The notes: a model not told the origin generated them from the sequence alone. A stretch of 64,000 nucleotides of DNA from Synechococcus sp. (GCA_047285305.1 JBJBDL010000003.1:1728001-1792000); one strand, 5' to 3'. Positions 1 to 8,568 are shown, counted from the stretch's first letter. Program-made: numbers and translations.

Positions 1-1322
1 TCCTCACCGCGATGCAGCGACACCCGGCGAATCGCAGCGGCCATGGTTTCCACCGCCAGTTGCAACGCCCCGTATGCCACCCGCTCTGGGGCCTGCCCCA
101 GCGCTGCCGCGAGCTCGGCGAAGCGATGCCGCACCACCTCCACACCCAGTGGCAGATCCCCGGACGGTCCGAATACCGCCGGGAAGCGGTCCACCTGCAG
201 ACGCCCCAGCAGCAGGTTGGCATCGGTGATGGTGAGCGGTCCGCCGGCGCGATAACAGGCCGGTCCCGGTTGTGCTCCGGCGGAGCGAGGTCCCACCCGC
301 AGCCGCTCCCCCTGGAGCTCCAGCACTGATCCGCCACCGGCCGCCACGGTTTCAATCGGCAGGCGTGGGGCCAGCAACTGCAAACCGGCGATCTCGGTCT
401 GCTCCTTTACTTGACGCAAAGCCTGCGCATCGGCGGAAGCCACGCAGAACACATCCGTCGACGTGCCCCCCATGTCGAAGCCGAGCACCGGCACCCCGTC
501 AAAGCCGGCCATCCGCGCCGCGGCTATCGCCCCGACCATGCCGGCCGCGGGCCCCGAAAGGATGGTGTCTTTGGCCTGCAGCCTGTCTGGAACCTGCAAC
601 GCTCCACTGGAGGTCATCACCCGCAGTGGCGTGGCATCGCCCAACGCCCCTTCCACCTGCTGAAGGTAGCCATCCAGCACCGGATGCACGGCCCCCTCCA
701 CCAACGCCGTCTGCCCCCGCGGCACCAGACGGGGCATCACACTCACCTGGTGGGAGCAAACCACGGTACGAAAGCCAAGTTCCCGCAGCAATGCAGCACA
801 GCGCTGCTCATGGGCTGGGTTGCGCTGGGCATGCAACAACGCCACCACGGCGACCTCCAGGCCGGAACGGTGCAGCTCCTCAAGACGCCGCCGCAGCGGC
901 TGATCCAGCACCAGAGGCTCCACCTCCTCACCCCGGGCATCGAGCCGACCGGTCAGCTCCAGCACCGTTTGCGCCAGGAAGGGGCGCTGGGGCTGCTCAA
1001 GCGCGAACAGATCGTCGCGATGTTGATCGCCGATCCACAGCTGATCCCTCAGCCCGGCATTGGTGAGTAACAGCAGCGGAGCACCAGCCCCCTCCAGCAA
1101 CGCATTGGTGGCCACGGTGGTGCCGAGGCGCACTTCGTCAACGTCCCCCAGCTCCATGAGTGGAGAAGCCGACGCCAACATCGCTTCCATGGCCGACACT
1201 GCAGGGTCCCCAGCACCGGCCTGCTCCGAGAGAACCTTGCGCACGTGCAGCTGGCCTTCTGGATCGCGACCGATCAGATCGGTGAAGGTGCCACCGCGAT
1301 CAATCCAGAAGCACCACCCCAT
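1..1322 (-). CDS. 5-oxoprolinase / hydantoinase-oxoprolinase family protein (5' part; continues beyond the window start)
   Basis: Manual translation of the minus strand from ATG 1322 gives MGWCFWIDRGGTFTDL...VRLGTTVATNALLEG...LLTNAGLRD, the N-terminal motifs of this family. It is absent from the ORF track, presumably because its stop lies outside the window. Confidence 0.9.
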   Translation of the reverse strand, partial: MGWCFWIDRGGTFTDLIGRDPEGQLHVRKVLSEQAGAGDPAVSAMEAMLASASPLMELGDVDEVRLGTTVATNALLEGAGAPLLLLTNAGLRDQLWIGDQHRDDLFALEQPQRPFLAQTVLELTGRLDARGEEVEPLVLDQPLRRRLEELHRSGLEVAVVALLHAQRNPAHEQRCAALLRELGFRTVVCSHQVSVMPRLVPRGQTALVEGAVHPVLDGYLQQVEGALGDATPLRVMTSSGALQVPDRLQAKDTILSGPAAGMVGAIAAARMAGFDGVPVLGFDMGGTSTDVFCVASADAQALRQVKEQTEIAGLQLLAPRLPIETVAAGGGSVLELQGERLRVGPRSAGAQPGPACYRAGGPLTITDANLLLGRLQVDRFPAVFGPSGDLPLGVEVVRHRFAELAAALGQAPERVAYGALQLAVETMAAAIRRVSLHRGE

Positions 1323-1441
1323 CTCCTGCCCTGGCCAACGTCGCCCCAGCCTGCCGCGCAGGCCGATCAACAAACCATGTCGACGCCAACCAATGAGCGA
1401 GCTGAACTGAGAACGTTGAGAAGCAACTGCCGCCCGAACGC

Positions 1442-2398
1442 TTGGACAAGCTCGCCACGGCCTGGGCGATCTTTCAGGGGTTACTGCTGGAAGCCGTTCC
1501 GTTTCTGCTGCTCGGCGTTGCCATCGCAGGGCTGGCCCGATGGGCCGTGCCACCGGGTGCCTGGATCGAGCGGCTCCCGAAGAACCCAGTGCTGGCTCCG
1601 ATCATCGGGGCCTTGATGGGCTTTGCCCTCCCGGCCTGCGAATGCGGCAATGTCCCCGTCGCCCGCCGACTGCTGGCCAGCGGGGCACCGATGGGCACGG
1701 CCTTCGGCTTTCTGTTTGCAGCACCGGTACTGAATCCCATCGTCCTGGCCAGCACCTGGGCCGCGTTTCCTGATCAGCCCTGGCTGCTGGTGGCCCGGCC
1801 TCTGGGGGCCTTTCTGCTGGCGATCCTGCTGAGTTTGTTGCTGGTGCAACTGCCCGAGACGAAGCTGCTGGCCACTGCACTTCTGGAGGAACGCCGCATG
1901 AGCCAGCCCCTAAGCAACCTGGGGCTGCTGCAGCGCAGCAGTGGTGTGATCGGCGGATCACCCAGCAGCCCACGATCCCTCAGCAGCAGGCGCCTTAAGG
2001 CTTGGCAGGTTCTGGATCAGAGCTGCCGCGAATTTCTCGATCTGCTGGCTCTGCTGGTGCTGGGATGTGTCATTGCGGCCCTGGTGCAGACCTGGCTGCC
2101 GCGCAGTTGGCTGTTGGCCGTGGGGGGTGCGCCGACGGCATCGATCCTGGCCTTGATGCTGCTGGCCGTGGTGGTGTCGGTCTGCTCCAGCGTGGATGCC
2201 TTTCTGGCCCTGGGGTTTGCCGCTCAGATCACCCCAGGAGCCCTGCTGGCCTTCCTCTTGCTGGGGCCAGTTGTGGATCTCAAACTCGCGGGCCTGTTCA
2301 CCGTGCTGATGCGGCCAAGGGCGATCCTGATCACGGCGATCGGTGCCAGTCTTGGCGTGCTGCTGATCGGTCAGTGGATCAACCTGTGGCTGCTGTGA
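1442..2398 (+). CDS. Predicted permease, DUF318/ArsP_1 (YcgR-like) family
   Basis: Multi-TM hydrophobic protein with LEAVPFLLLG, PACECGNVPV, APVLNPIV, SVCSSVDAF and GPVVDLK motifs. Confidence 0.85.
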   Translation: MDKLATAWAIFQGLLLEAVPFLLLGVAIAGLARWAVPPGAWIERLPKNPVLAPIIGALMGFALPACECGNVPVARRLLASGAPMGTAFGFLFAAPVLNPIVLASTWAAFPDQPWLLVARPLGAFLLAILLSLLLVQLPETKLLATALLEERRMSQPLSNLGLLQRSSGVIGGSPSSPRSLSSRRLKAWQVLDQSCREFLDLLALLVLGCVIAALVQTWLPRSWLLAVGGAPTASILALMLLAVVVSVCSSVDAFLALGFAAQITPGALLAFLLLGPVVDLKLAGLFTVLMRPRAILITAIGASLGVLLIGQWINLWLL

Positions 2399-2408
2399 GG
2401 AGCCGGTC

Positions 2409-3065
2409 GTGTTGAAGCGCATAGCCCTGCTGCTGCTCTGGGGCCTGACGCTGTTGTGGAGCTTCCACAGCAGACGCCTCGATCTGCTGCTTCGCGGGGT
2501 CTTCCATGGCCTGGTGGGGTTCACCGGCCTGGTCTTGCTGATGCTAGGCGTGGCCCTTCTGCTGAAAAAAGAGAAGCAAAACGAACGCTGGCGATGGCCC
2601 TGGCTGCTCAGTGGCGTGATGGCTGCGCTGGTGATGATCATTCCGCCGAATCCCTCCTTCAGCGATCTGGCCAGCAACCGCCCTCAGGGCCTGCCCGATC
2701 CACCGGAATTGGCCTTTGTTCTGCCCCCCGAACAACGCAGCCTCACGGAATGGGTGCGCTTGCTGCGCAGCCAGCCGGATCCCGACCTTGTGGCCGGTAA
2801 TCCTTTGCGCATCAGCGGTTTTGTCTGGAGGCAACCCCAGGGGCCACCGCTGATCGCCCGGCTCACGGTGCGCTGTTGCCTGGCCGACGCCACGCCCGCT
2901 GGTCTAGCGGTGGAGTGGCCGGAGTGGTTCATCCCCCAAACCAACCAGTGGTTGGCCATCGAGGGAACGATGAGCGTGCAAACGCGGAGCGAACGACGCA
3001 TGCCCGTCGTAATTCCCCAAAACATCACGCCGATTGCCAGGCCCGAGCGGCCCCTGGAACCATGA
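2409..3065 (+). CDS. TIGR03943/DUF1980 (YcgQ-like) putative permease partner
   Basis: Three N-terminal TM segments, then ISGFV, ARLTVRCCLADA and WLAIEG; lies directly downstream of the DUF318 gene. Confidence 0.8.
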   Translation: MLKRIALLLLWGLTLLWSFHSRRLDLLLRGVFHGLVGFTGLVLLMLGVALLLKKEKQNERWRWPWLLSGVMAALVMIIPPNPSFSDLASNRPQGLPDPPELAFVLPPEQRSLTEWVRLLRSQPDPDLVAGNPLRISGFVWRQPQGPPLIARLTVRCCLADATPAGLAVEWPEWFIPQTNQWLAIEGTMSVQTRSERRMPVVIPQNITPIARPERPLEP

Positions 3066-4384
3066 CGCGGCGGCCCTTGCTGCTGATGCTGATGGCCTGC
3101 GCCGCTGTTCTGGCGCAGCAACAACTGCTGTTGCGCCGGCCTCCGCGGCTGCTGCGCCTGGTGCCGCAGCAGGTGCAGAGCGGCAGCGCAGCTCTGCACC
3201 TGCAGTTCAGTCGCCCGATGGATCGGCCCCAGGTCAGCGAGGCCAGCCGAATCACTCCAGCCGTGCCCCATCAGTGGCTGGGGGAGACGACAGCACTGCG
3301 GATGGTGATCGATGCGGATGTCGTGCTCACTGCTCCGCTCGAGCTATCGATCGCAGGAGAAGACCAACGCGGTCTGCCGTTAGGGGAACAGCAATGGTGG
3401 TGGGACCCGAGACCCTGGCTGATCGCAACACGGCCTGTGCATGGAGGCGAACAGGTTCAACTGCAGACGCGATCAGGAGAGTGGATGCCGATCAGTCGGA
3501 TCTGGCCCGCCATCCCCAGCGTCGTCCCCCTGGGAAATGGTCGGGGTGTTGCACTGGTGGGACGCGATCAGAACGGCACCGAACAGGTGTGGTTGGACCA
3601 GCTGACACCCCGCAGCAACGCCAACCGCCTGGCCGCCTTGGGGCCACCAACGCTGAGCCGCACGGAACCCCTGTTGCAAGGGGAGGTGCTATTCGCCCAT
3701 CTCAGCAGCAATCTCAATGGTGATCTGCTGGTTCAGAGCGGTGGGTTCCAACCGGGCAGCGACCAAGCCCTCTTGCTGCAGGCCGATGGCAAACGCAAGG
3801 CTCTGGCACTGAAACCCTCCGGGCCGATGCAGTTGCTTCCGGCTGGAGGGGGCGTGGTGATGCCCACCAGCAACGGCCTGAGCCTCCGGCCCCTGCAAAC
3901 AACCGAGCAAAAGCCGCAGATGCTGCCGGGGAGTCGGGAACTGGGGGCCTTCTGCGGTGCCTCAGGACGGGCCGTGTTGATTCGACACTGGCCGGATTAC
4001 AGGCGCTCGATTGAGCTGGTGGTTCCAGGGCAAGCGCCGAAGCAACTGCACCTCGGTGATCAGGCGGTGCTGGGGGTGACCTGCGACAACCGCGGCAAAC
4101 GGATCTGGGCTGTGCTGGGGCGCTGGGAGCAGCAACGGGGCAATCACGAACTGGTGCTAATCAACGAAGAGGGAGAGGTGACACAAAGCAGGGCCCTGGA
4201 GCCATGGACGCTCAAGGCGGGCAGCCCCATCCAGTGGAACCCAGTGACGAATCAATTGCTGATGACGCTGACGCGACCGAACCAGACCCATGCCCGTGCA
4301 GGCCTGATCGACGGCAACAGCTTGAAGATCATCAAGGTGATTAACACGCCAATTAGTGAAGCGCAGTGGCTTCACGCAGGCTGA
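3062..4384 (+). CDS. Exported or membrane-anchored hypothetical protein (Ig-like N-terminal domain and probable beta-propeller-like region)
   Basis: ATG 3062 overlaps the upstream stop (ATGA). It has a signal/anchor MTRRPLLLMLMACAAVLA, LQFSRPMD typical of Big_5-like domains, and a beta-strand-rich remainder. Confidence 0.6.
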   Translation: MTRRPLLLMLMACAAVLAQQQLLLRRPPRLLRLVPQQVQSGSAALHLQFSRPMDRPQVSEASRITPAVPHQWLGETTALRMVIDADVVLTAPLELSIAGEDQRGLPLGEQQWWWDPRPWLIATRPVHGGEQVQLQTRSGEWMPISRIWPAIPSVVPLGNGRGVALVGRDQNGTEQVWLDQLTPRSNANRLAALGPPTLSRTEPLLQGEVLFAHLSSNLNGDLLVQSGGFQPGSDQALLLQADGKRKALALKPSGPMQLLPAGGGVVMPTSNGLSLRPLQTTEQKPQMLPGSRELGAFCGASGRAVLIRHWPDYRRSIELVVPGQAPKQLHLGDQAVLGVTCDNRGKRIWAVLGRWEQQRGNHELVLINEEGEVTQSRALEPWTLKAGSPIQWNPVTNQLLMTLTRPNQTHARAGLIDGNSLKIIKVINTPISEAQWLHAG

Positions 4385-4403
4385 ATAAATGCCTTATCAC
4401 CAT

Positions 4404-4443
4404 CAAAACAAAACAGAAACCTCGCCGGGTTTACCGGCGAGGT
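4404..4443 (-). terminator. Intrinsic terminator of the minus-strand znuA operon
   Basis: Perfect 10-bp stem ACCTCGCCGG-GTTTA-CCGGCGAGGT (4419-4443), followed on the minus strand by TTCTGTTTTGTTTT; lies between convergent genes. Confidence 0.85.
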
Positions 4444-4458
4444 CAAAACTGCTATCAA

Positions 4459-5415
4459 TCACAGCTTATAGGTAATACCGGTACCTACATGGTGCTGGTA
4501 GCCATCACCCCAACCTTCAACATTCTCCCAGGTATACACAAATTTCCAGTGCGCAAAGAAATCAACTTTGTCGTTGACAGGCCTAGATATCATCACCTCT
4601 CCAGCAAAATCAGTACGGGAATCTAGATCACTAGCATAGCTGCCTGGAGTGTAAAAACGAGGACCAGCATCTAGCTGAAAAGATGTTTCACCGTAATTAA
4701 AACCAACTCCAAGGCGAGGATCGGTGTAGTTCCCAATGTAAACGCCGTCTACGCCCCAACCTTGACGATGATCTACTGAAAGATATACCCCATCAAATAA
4801 ATCAGAAAGGGAATCACCTAGACCAAAGTCAACATCACCATCCCCAAGGGCATAAATCACCTTAGCCCCCAACTCATTTTTAATACCTTTTGATTCAAAC
4901 TTTTCCCATTCATTTTCGTCAGCATGGAATTCTAACTCATCACTTGTGACGACGTAGGGGTTCCAATATGCCTGAATATTAAACTTATCTGAGTGCTTAT
5001 AATTAGCCTCAAAGAAAGCTTTGAAATCAACTCTTTCACGAGTTGGATGAGCTTCGCTCTCCTCGTGCTCGTGCCCCTCTTCCTCTGCATGCGCATGGAT
5101 CTCTCCATAGAAATGCTCTGCGCCACCTCTTGTAAAAGTTGGGCCTACGAAAGCGGCAAAGGAAAATTGCTTCCCATCACCAAGACCCCAAGTAAATTCG
5201 CCACCGATTAAGAAGTCAGCGGCATAGTGCTTTTCTGGAATTTCAAGATTATCATCAAATCCAGCATGACCCTCTACGGTAATGAGGGGAGTGAAATCAA
5301 ATTCACCAGCTTCCAATTCTGTACCGCCTCCATGTGAACCATGTGCATGGGCTGGAGCCATGGAAGCAAAGGGACTCAAAAATAGAGCCAGGAGAAGAAA
5401 ACGAGAACGGAACAT
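4459..5415 (-). CDS. His-rich exported protein, probable outer-membrane beta-barrel, co-transcribed with znuA
   Basis: Signal peptide MFRSRFLLLALFLSPFASMAPAHA, then HGSHGGG and an internal HAHAEEEGHEHEESEAH. It has alternating aromatic strands and ends in VGTGITYKL. GC is visibly lower than the flanks. Confidence 0.7.
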   Translation of the reverse strand: MFRSRFLLLALFLSPFASMAPAHAHGSHGGGTELEAGEFDFTPLITVEGHAGFDDNLEIPEKHYAADFLIGGEFTWGLGDGKQFSFAAFVGPTFTRGGAEHFYGEIHAHAEEEGHEHEESEAHPTRERVDFKAFFEANYKHSDKFNIQAYWNPYVVTSDELEFHADENEWEKFESKGIKNELGAKVIYALGDGDVDFGLGDSLSDLFDGVYLSVDHRQGWGVDGVYIGNYTDPRLGVGFNYGETSFQLDAGPRFYTPGSYASDLDSRTDFAGEVMISRPVNDKVDFFAHWKFVYTWENVEGWGDGYQHHVGTGITYKL

Positions 5416-5456
5416 GGAATAGAAAGAGTTGATGTGGAAGTCGGATAGAGATTTGG

Positions 5457-6374
5457 TCAACGAATAGAAGACCATTCAGCATTTATGGAGTTGGCACCTG
5501 TAATATCACAGGTGCCACCCTGACCATTAACAATCGTGCAAGCATTAATGGTCGCTGTTGAGACAGCATTACGACCTGCTGCGATTCCTTCTCCGTAGAG
5601 CGGAGTTTTCGAGATAGGCAAACCAGTGCTCTTGCTGATTCGCCTTAGCGTTTTATTCGGGTAAGCAGCAGGAGAAAAGATTGTTTTTGCACCAGAAGAC
5701 TTCACCTCCTCAGTGATTTTTTTAAGACTGGAGGGTCGCAAAACTCCACCTGTTGTGTGGCTGTCCAACATCGCAAGCTCGACCAGTCCGAATCGATCCG
5801 CGAGATGGCTGTAGGTCTTGTGATCAGTAACCATGACTCGTTGCTGAGCTGGCAAAGAATTGAACTGCTCAGCCTGCCAAGTCTGAAGAGCCTGGAAAAC
5901 AGCAAGAGCGCGGGTTGTGCGCTGCTCCAAGGCCCCACGATCGCTGTCCCCCAAAAGAGGTGCCAGAGAACTGGAGATAATCCGAATCATCCCAGCAGAG
6001 TTGACTGGATCGTGCCAGACGTGAGGGTCGCTGCCGCGATACGACGGCAAGGCGATTTCACCCGCAGCCACAACCATTCCTGGTGAATTGAGCTTTGTGG
6101 CAGAAGGTGTAAGCCCAAAACCGATATGGAAAATGAGATCGCTCTTGGCGATCACTGCACGATCACTGGGCTTCAATCGATAGGAGTGCGGATCACCACC
6201 TGGAGGGATCAGACAAGTCACCGAGGCAGTATCTGCAGCCAGAGTCTTTGTGAGATCGCAAAGCGTGCCGTCGACGGCAACCACAACAGGTTGACCCGCA
6301 TGGGCCGGAACAACGGAAGCGCCAATTGCCAGAGCAACACAGACCCCCGCCGATTGAGCCAAGGAAGGACGCAT
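5457..6374 (-). CDS. znuA: Zn/Mn ABC transporter substrate-binding protein (cluster A-I)
   Basis: Signal peptide plus IPPGGDPHSY, DPHVWHDP and TDHKTYSHL metal-ligand motifs; start placed at ATG 6374. Confidence 0.85.
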   Translation of the reverse strand: MRPSLAQSAGVCVALAIGASVVPAHAGQPVVVAVDGTLCDLTKTLAADTASVTCLIPPGGDPHSYRLKPSDRAVIAKSDLIFHIGFGLTPSATKLNSPGMVVAAGEIALPSYRGSDPHVWHDPVNSAGMIRIISSSLAPLLGDSDRGALEQRTTRALAVFQALQTWQAEQFNSLPAQQRVMVTDHKTYSHLADRFGLVELAMLDSHTTGGVLRPSSLKKITEEVKSSGAKTIFSPAAYPNKTLRRISKSTGLPISKTPLYGEGIAAGRNAVSTATINACTIVNGQGGTCDITGANSINAEWSSIR

Positions 6375-6384
6375 GGGCGACCTC

Positions 6385-6407
6385 GTGAGAATGATTATCA
6401 TTTTGTC
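6385..6407. promoter_or_regulatory. Zur (Fur-family) operator between the divergent znuA and znuCB
   Basis: GTGAGAATGATTATCATTTTGTC has a perfect AATGAT-N-ATCATT palindrome. It matches the recalled cyanobacterial Zur consensus NTNANAATGATNATCATTNTNAN with one mismatch. Confidence 0.85.
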
Positions 6408-6479
6408 TAGTGCAGGATCTGTTGCCACGATGGGGTGTGCAAAACAACAAGAGGCCCAAGTCAGGCCGTCAAGGGACTG

Positions 6480-7169
6480 ATGAACGATTCCCTGTCTGTG
6501 CTGAGCACAACCGAACTGAGCTTCAGCTACGGGGAGCGCAACACCGTCGACCGCGTCAACCTGGAACTTCAAGCGGGAACTCTGACAGCGCTGGTAGGTC
6601 CCAACGGAGCCGGCAAGTCAACGCTGTTGCACCTGTTGGAGGGGCGACTGAAACCCAGCCAGGGAACGGTCAACTCCAATAAGCAAATTGGCCTGATGCC
6701 CCAGCGGGCCGCCATTGACTGGTCGTTTCCGATCACCGCCAGCGACATGGTTCAGCTGGGGGGGACCAAAAAGGGCAAAGCCACAGCAGAGAACCACAGC
6801 GAACAGCTGCTGGAACGCGTCGGTATGGGAGCCATGGGATCACGACGCCTCAACCAGCTCTCCGGTGGCCAGCAACAACGCGTCCTGCTGGCCAGAGCGT
6901 TGATGCAGCAGACCGAGATCCTGCTACTGGACGAACCCTGCAGCGCTATTGATCCACCAACGCGCGAGCACCTGATCAAGGTAATGAGGGACCAAGCAGA
7001 AGCAGGTCAGACGCTGCTGGTGAGCAGCCACGACTGGGGCAGCGCCCTCGACAGCTACGACCAGGTTGTCGTGATGGACGGCCAGATTTTGGCCAGCGGA
7101 TCACCCAGCAGTGTTCGAGAAAAACTGAGCGACCTGACTTGCATGATGGGGAGCCATTGCTGTGGTTGA
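6480..7169 (+). CDS. znuC: Metal ABC transporter ATP-binding protein
   Basis: GPNGAGKST, LMPQRAAIDWSFP, LSGGQQQRV and LLLDEP motifs. Confidence 0.9.
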   Translation: MNDSLSVLSTTELSFSYGERNTVDRVNLELQAGTLTALVGPNGAGKSTLLHLLEGRLKPSQGTVNSNKQIGLMPQRAAIDWSFPITASDMVQLGGTKKGKATAENHSEQLLERVGMGAMGSRRLNQLSGGQQQRVLLARALMQQTEILLLDEPCSAIDPPTREHLIKVMRDQAEAGQTLLVSSHDWGSALDSYDQVVVMDGQILASGSPSSVREKLSDLTCMMGSHCCG

Positions 7170-7950
7170 AACCGACATCTGGTGGCTTCTGCCACTGACG
7201 ATATCGCTGTTAATTGGAGCCATCTGTCCAGCAACCGGAGCGTTGCTGATCACCCAACGTCGGGTGTTGCTTGCCAACCTGATGGCCCATTCCGTTCTGC
7301 CCGGCTTGGTGGTCGCCCTGGCCATCGGGATCGACCCAAGCATCGGGGGCCTGATCAGTGGATTGCTTGGCGCCCTGGTAGCTGAACGCCTGAACCGGCG
7401 CTTCACAGGCAGAGAAGAAGGCGCCATGAATACCGTGCTGGCAGGCTTCACGGCTCTGGGAGTGCTGTTGGTTCCCCTGCTGGACGCCCGGGTGGACCTG
7501 GAAACAATTTTGTTCGGCGACCTGCTTGCCGCCAACACAACAGATCTGCTGCGAACAGCTTTTGCAGCCGGAGCTCTATTGGCGATGTTGATTTGGGGCT
7601 ACCGCGACCTGGTGTTTGTTGGCATCGACCCCGAAGGAGCGGCCATCGCCAAACGACCAGTGCTCCTGATTCGGCTGATCTGCAGCCTGATAACCGCCCT
7701 AGTTGTAATCAGCGCCATCACTGCCGTGGGGGTGATTCTGGTGATTGGCCTGCTGTGCGCTCCGGTGCTGATGCACGTGGAGCGCAGCCGAAGCCTGAAG
7801 GAACTCATGCTGCGCAGCGCGAGCACGGGGCTGCTTCTGTGTGGTGGCGGAATGATGCTGGCGATTGCTGTTGACCTGCCACCGGGCCCACTGATCGGAA
7901 CACTCTGTCTGGCACTGCTGCTCACCTACAAGGCCAACATCGCAGAGTGA
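7162..7950 (+). CDS. znuB: Metal ABC transporter permease (ABC-3 family)
   Basis: LMAHSVLPG, ILFGDLL and AVGVILV motifs; overlaps the znuC stop. Confidence 0.9.
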   Translation: MVETDIWWLLPLTISLLIGAICPATGALLITQRRVLLANLMAHSVLPGLVVALAIGIDPSIGGLISGLLGALVAERLNRRFTGREEGAMNTVLAGFTALGVLLVPLLDARVDLETILFGDLLAANTTDLLRTAFAAGALLAMLIWGYRDLVFVGIDPEGAAIAKRPVLLIRLICSLITALVVISAITAVGVILVIGLLCAPVLMHVERSRSLKELMLRSASTGLLLCGGGMMLAIAVDLPPGPLIGTLCLALLLTYKANIAE

Positions 7951-7979
7951 AAGTGATGGTGAGGTCTGCTTTATGGCTT

Positions 7980-8135
7980 TTACTGCAGGAACATCCGATC
8001 AAGGCGACGCCGCATTTTCCGCATCAAAGTGCGTTCTTGCTCTAGGCGAAAGGTGCGTCGAAAGGCCAAGAACAAAACAGTCAACGTTGAGGCCAACCCC
8101 AAGCTGAAGAGGGTAATCAAGCTTGCATCGCTCAT
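7980..8135 (-). CDS. Small single-TM protein, 51 aa (not in the ORF track)
   Basis: Manual translation MSDASLITLFSLGLASTLTVLFLAFRRTFRLEQERTLMRKMRRRLDRMFLQ*; starts 16 nt after the stop of 8152..8385 on the same strand. Confidence 0.55.
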   Translation of the reverse strand: MSDASLITLFSLGLASTLTVLFLAFRRTFRLEQERTLMRKMRRRLDRMFLQ

Positions 8136-8151
8136 GACTCAATTCACTTTG

Positions 8152-8385
8152 CTACTGAACAACAGCAAACCAACCACCAGCCAGGGCTGCAATTAAGCCA
8201 CAAGCGAGCGCTTGAAGCATAAATTGGACTGAATCTTTCTTTTCCCAACGATCAATAGCCTTCGATGCCGTCACAAACGGTTCTTTATTCCTGATCAACC
8301 TGTCGATGTACAGCTCGATGAATTGATCATCGAGTTCAAGCCGACGCAGCTTTGAACGAATCTGGTTGAGCTCAAACTGATTCAT
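8152..8385 (-). CDS. Small hypothetical protein with a C-terminal TM helix
   Basis: 77-aa ATG ORF with a protein-like composition and a hydrophobic C-terminus. Confidence 0.65.
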   Translation of the reverse strand: MNQFELNQIRSKLRRLELDDQFIELYIDRLIRNKEPFVTASKAIDRWEKKDSVQFMLQALACGLIAALAGGWFAVVQ

Positions 8386-8568
8386 TACTCAAAATCACGA
8401 AACTTTGCAGCCTATTCATTATTGTAGGGTTATTCCTAGAAACCTTATGTTGACTGACGTATCACTTTAGCGATACTGTTGCCTCAACGTGACCCTTTCG
8501 CGCAAGCTTACTGCGGCTGGCTGAATCGGTCCAAAGCCGATTAATCAACAGCACGCTGAACAAACTAT

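Noticed and set aside
12..1410. Several plus-strand track ORFs (e.g. 272..1066, 411..1070)
   Set aside because: They are antisense shadows of the minus-strand oxoprolinase gene, which has the family motifs.
1408..1422. TGAGAA direct repeat upstream of the DUF318 permease as a second Zur box
   Set aside because: It only resembles a half-site and has no AATGAT-N-ATCATT palindrome, so direct Zur control of the trio is not supported by the sequence.
8459..8476. GTATC-N8-GATAC inverted repeat as an NtcA box
   Set aside because: The GTA-to-TAC spacing is 12, not the canonical 8. A repeat this short can arise by chance.
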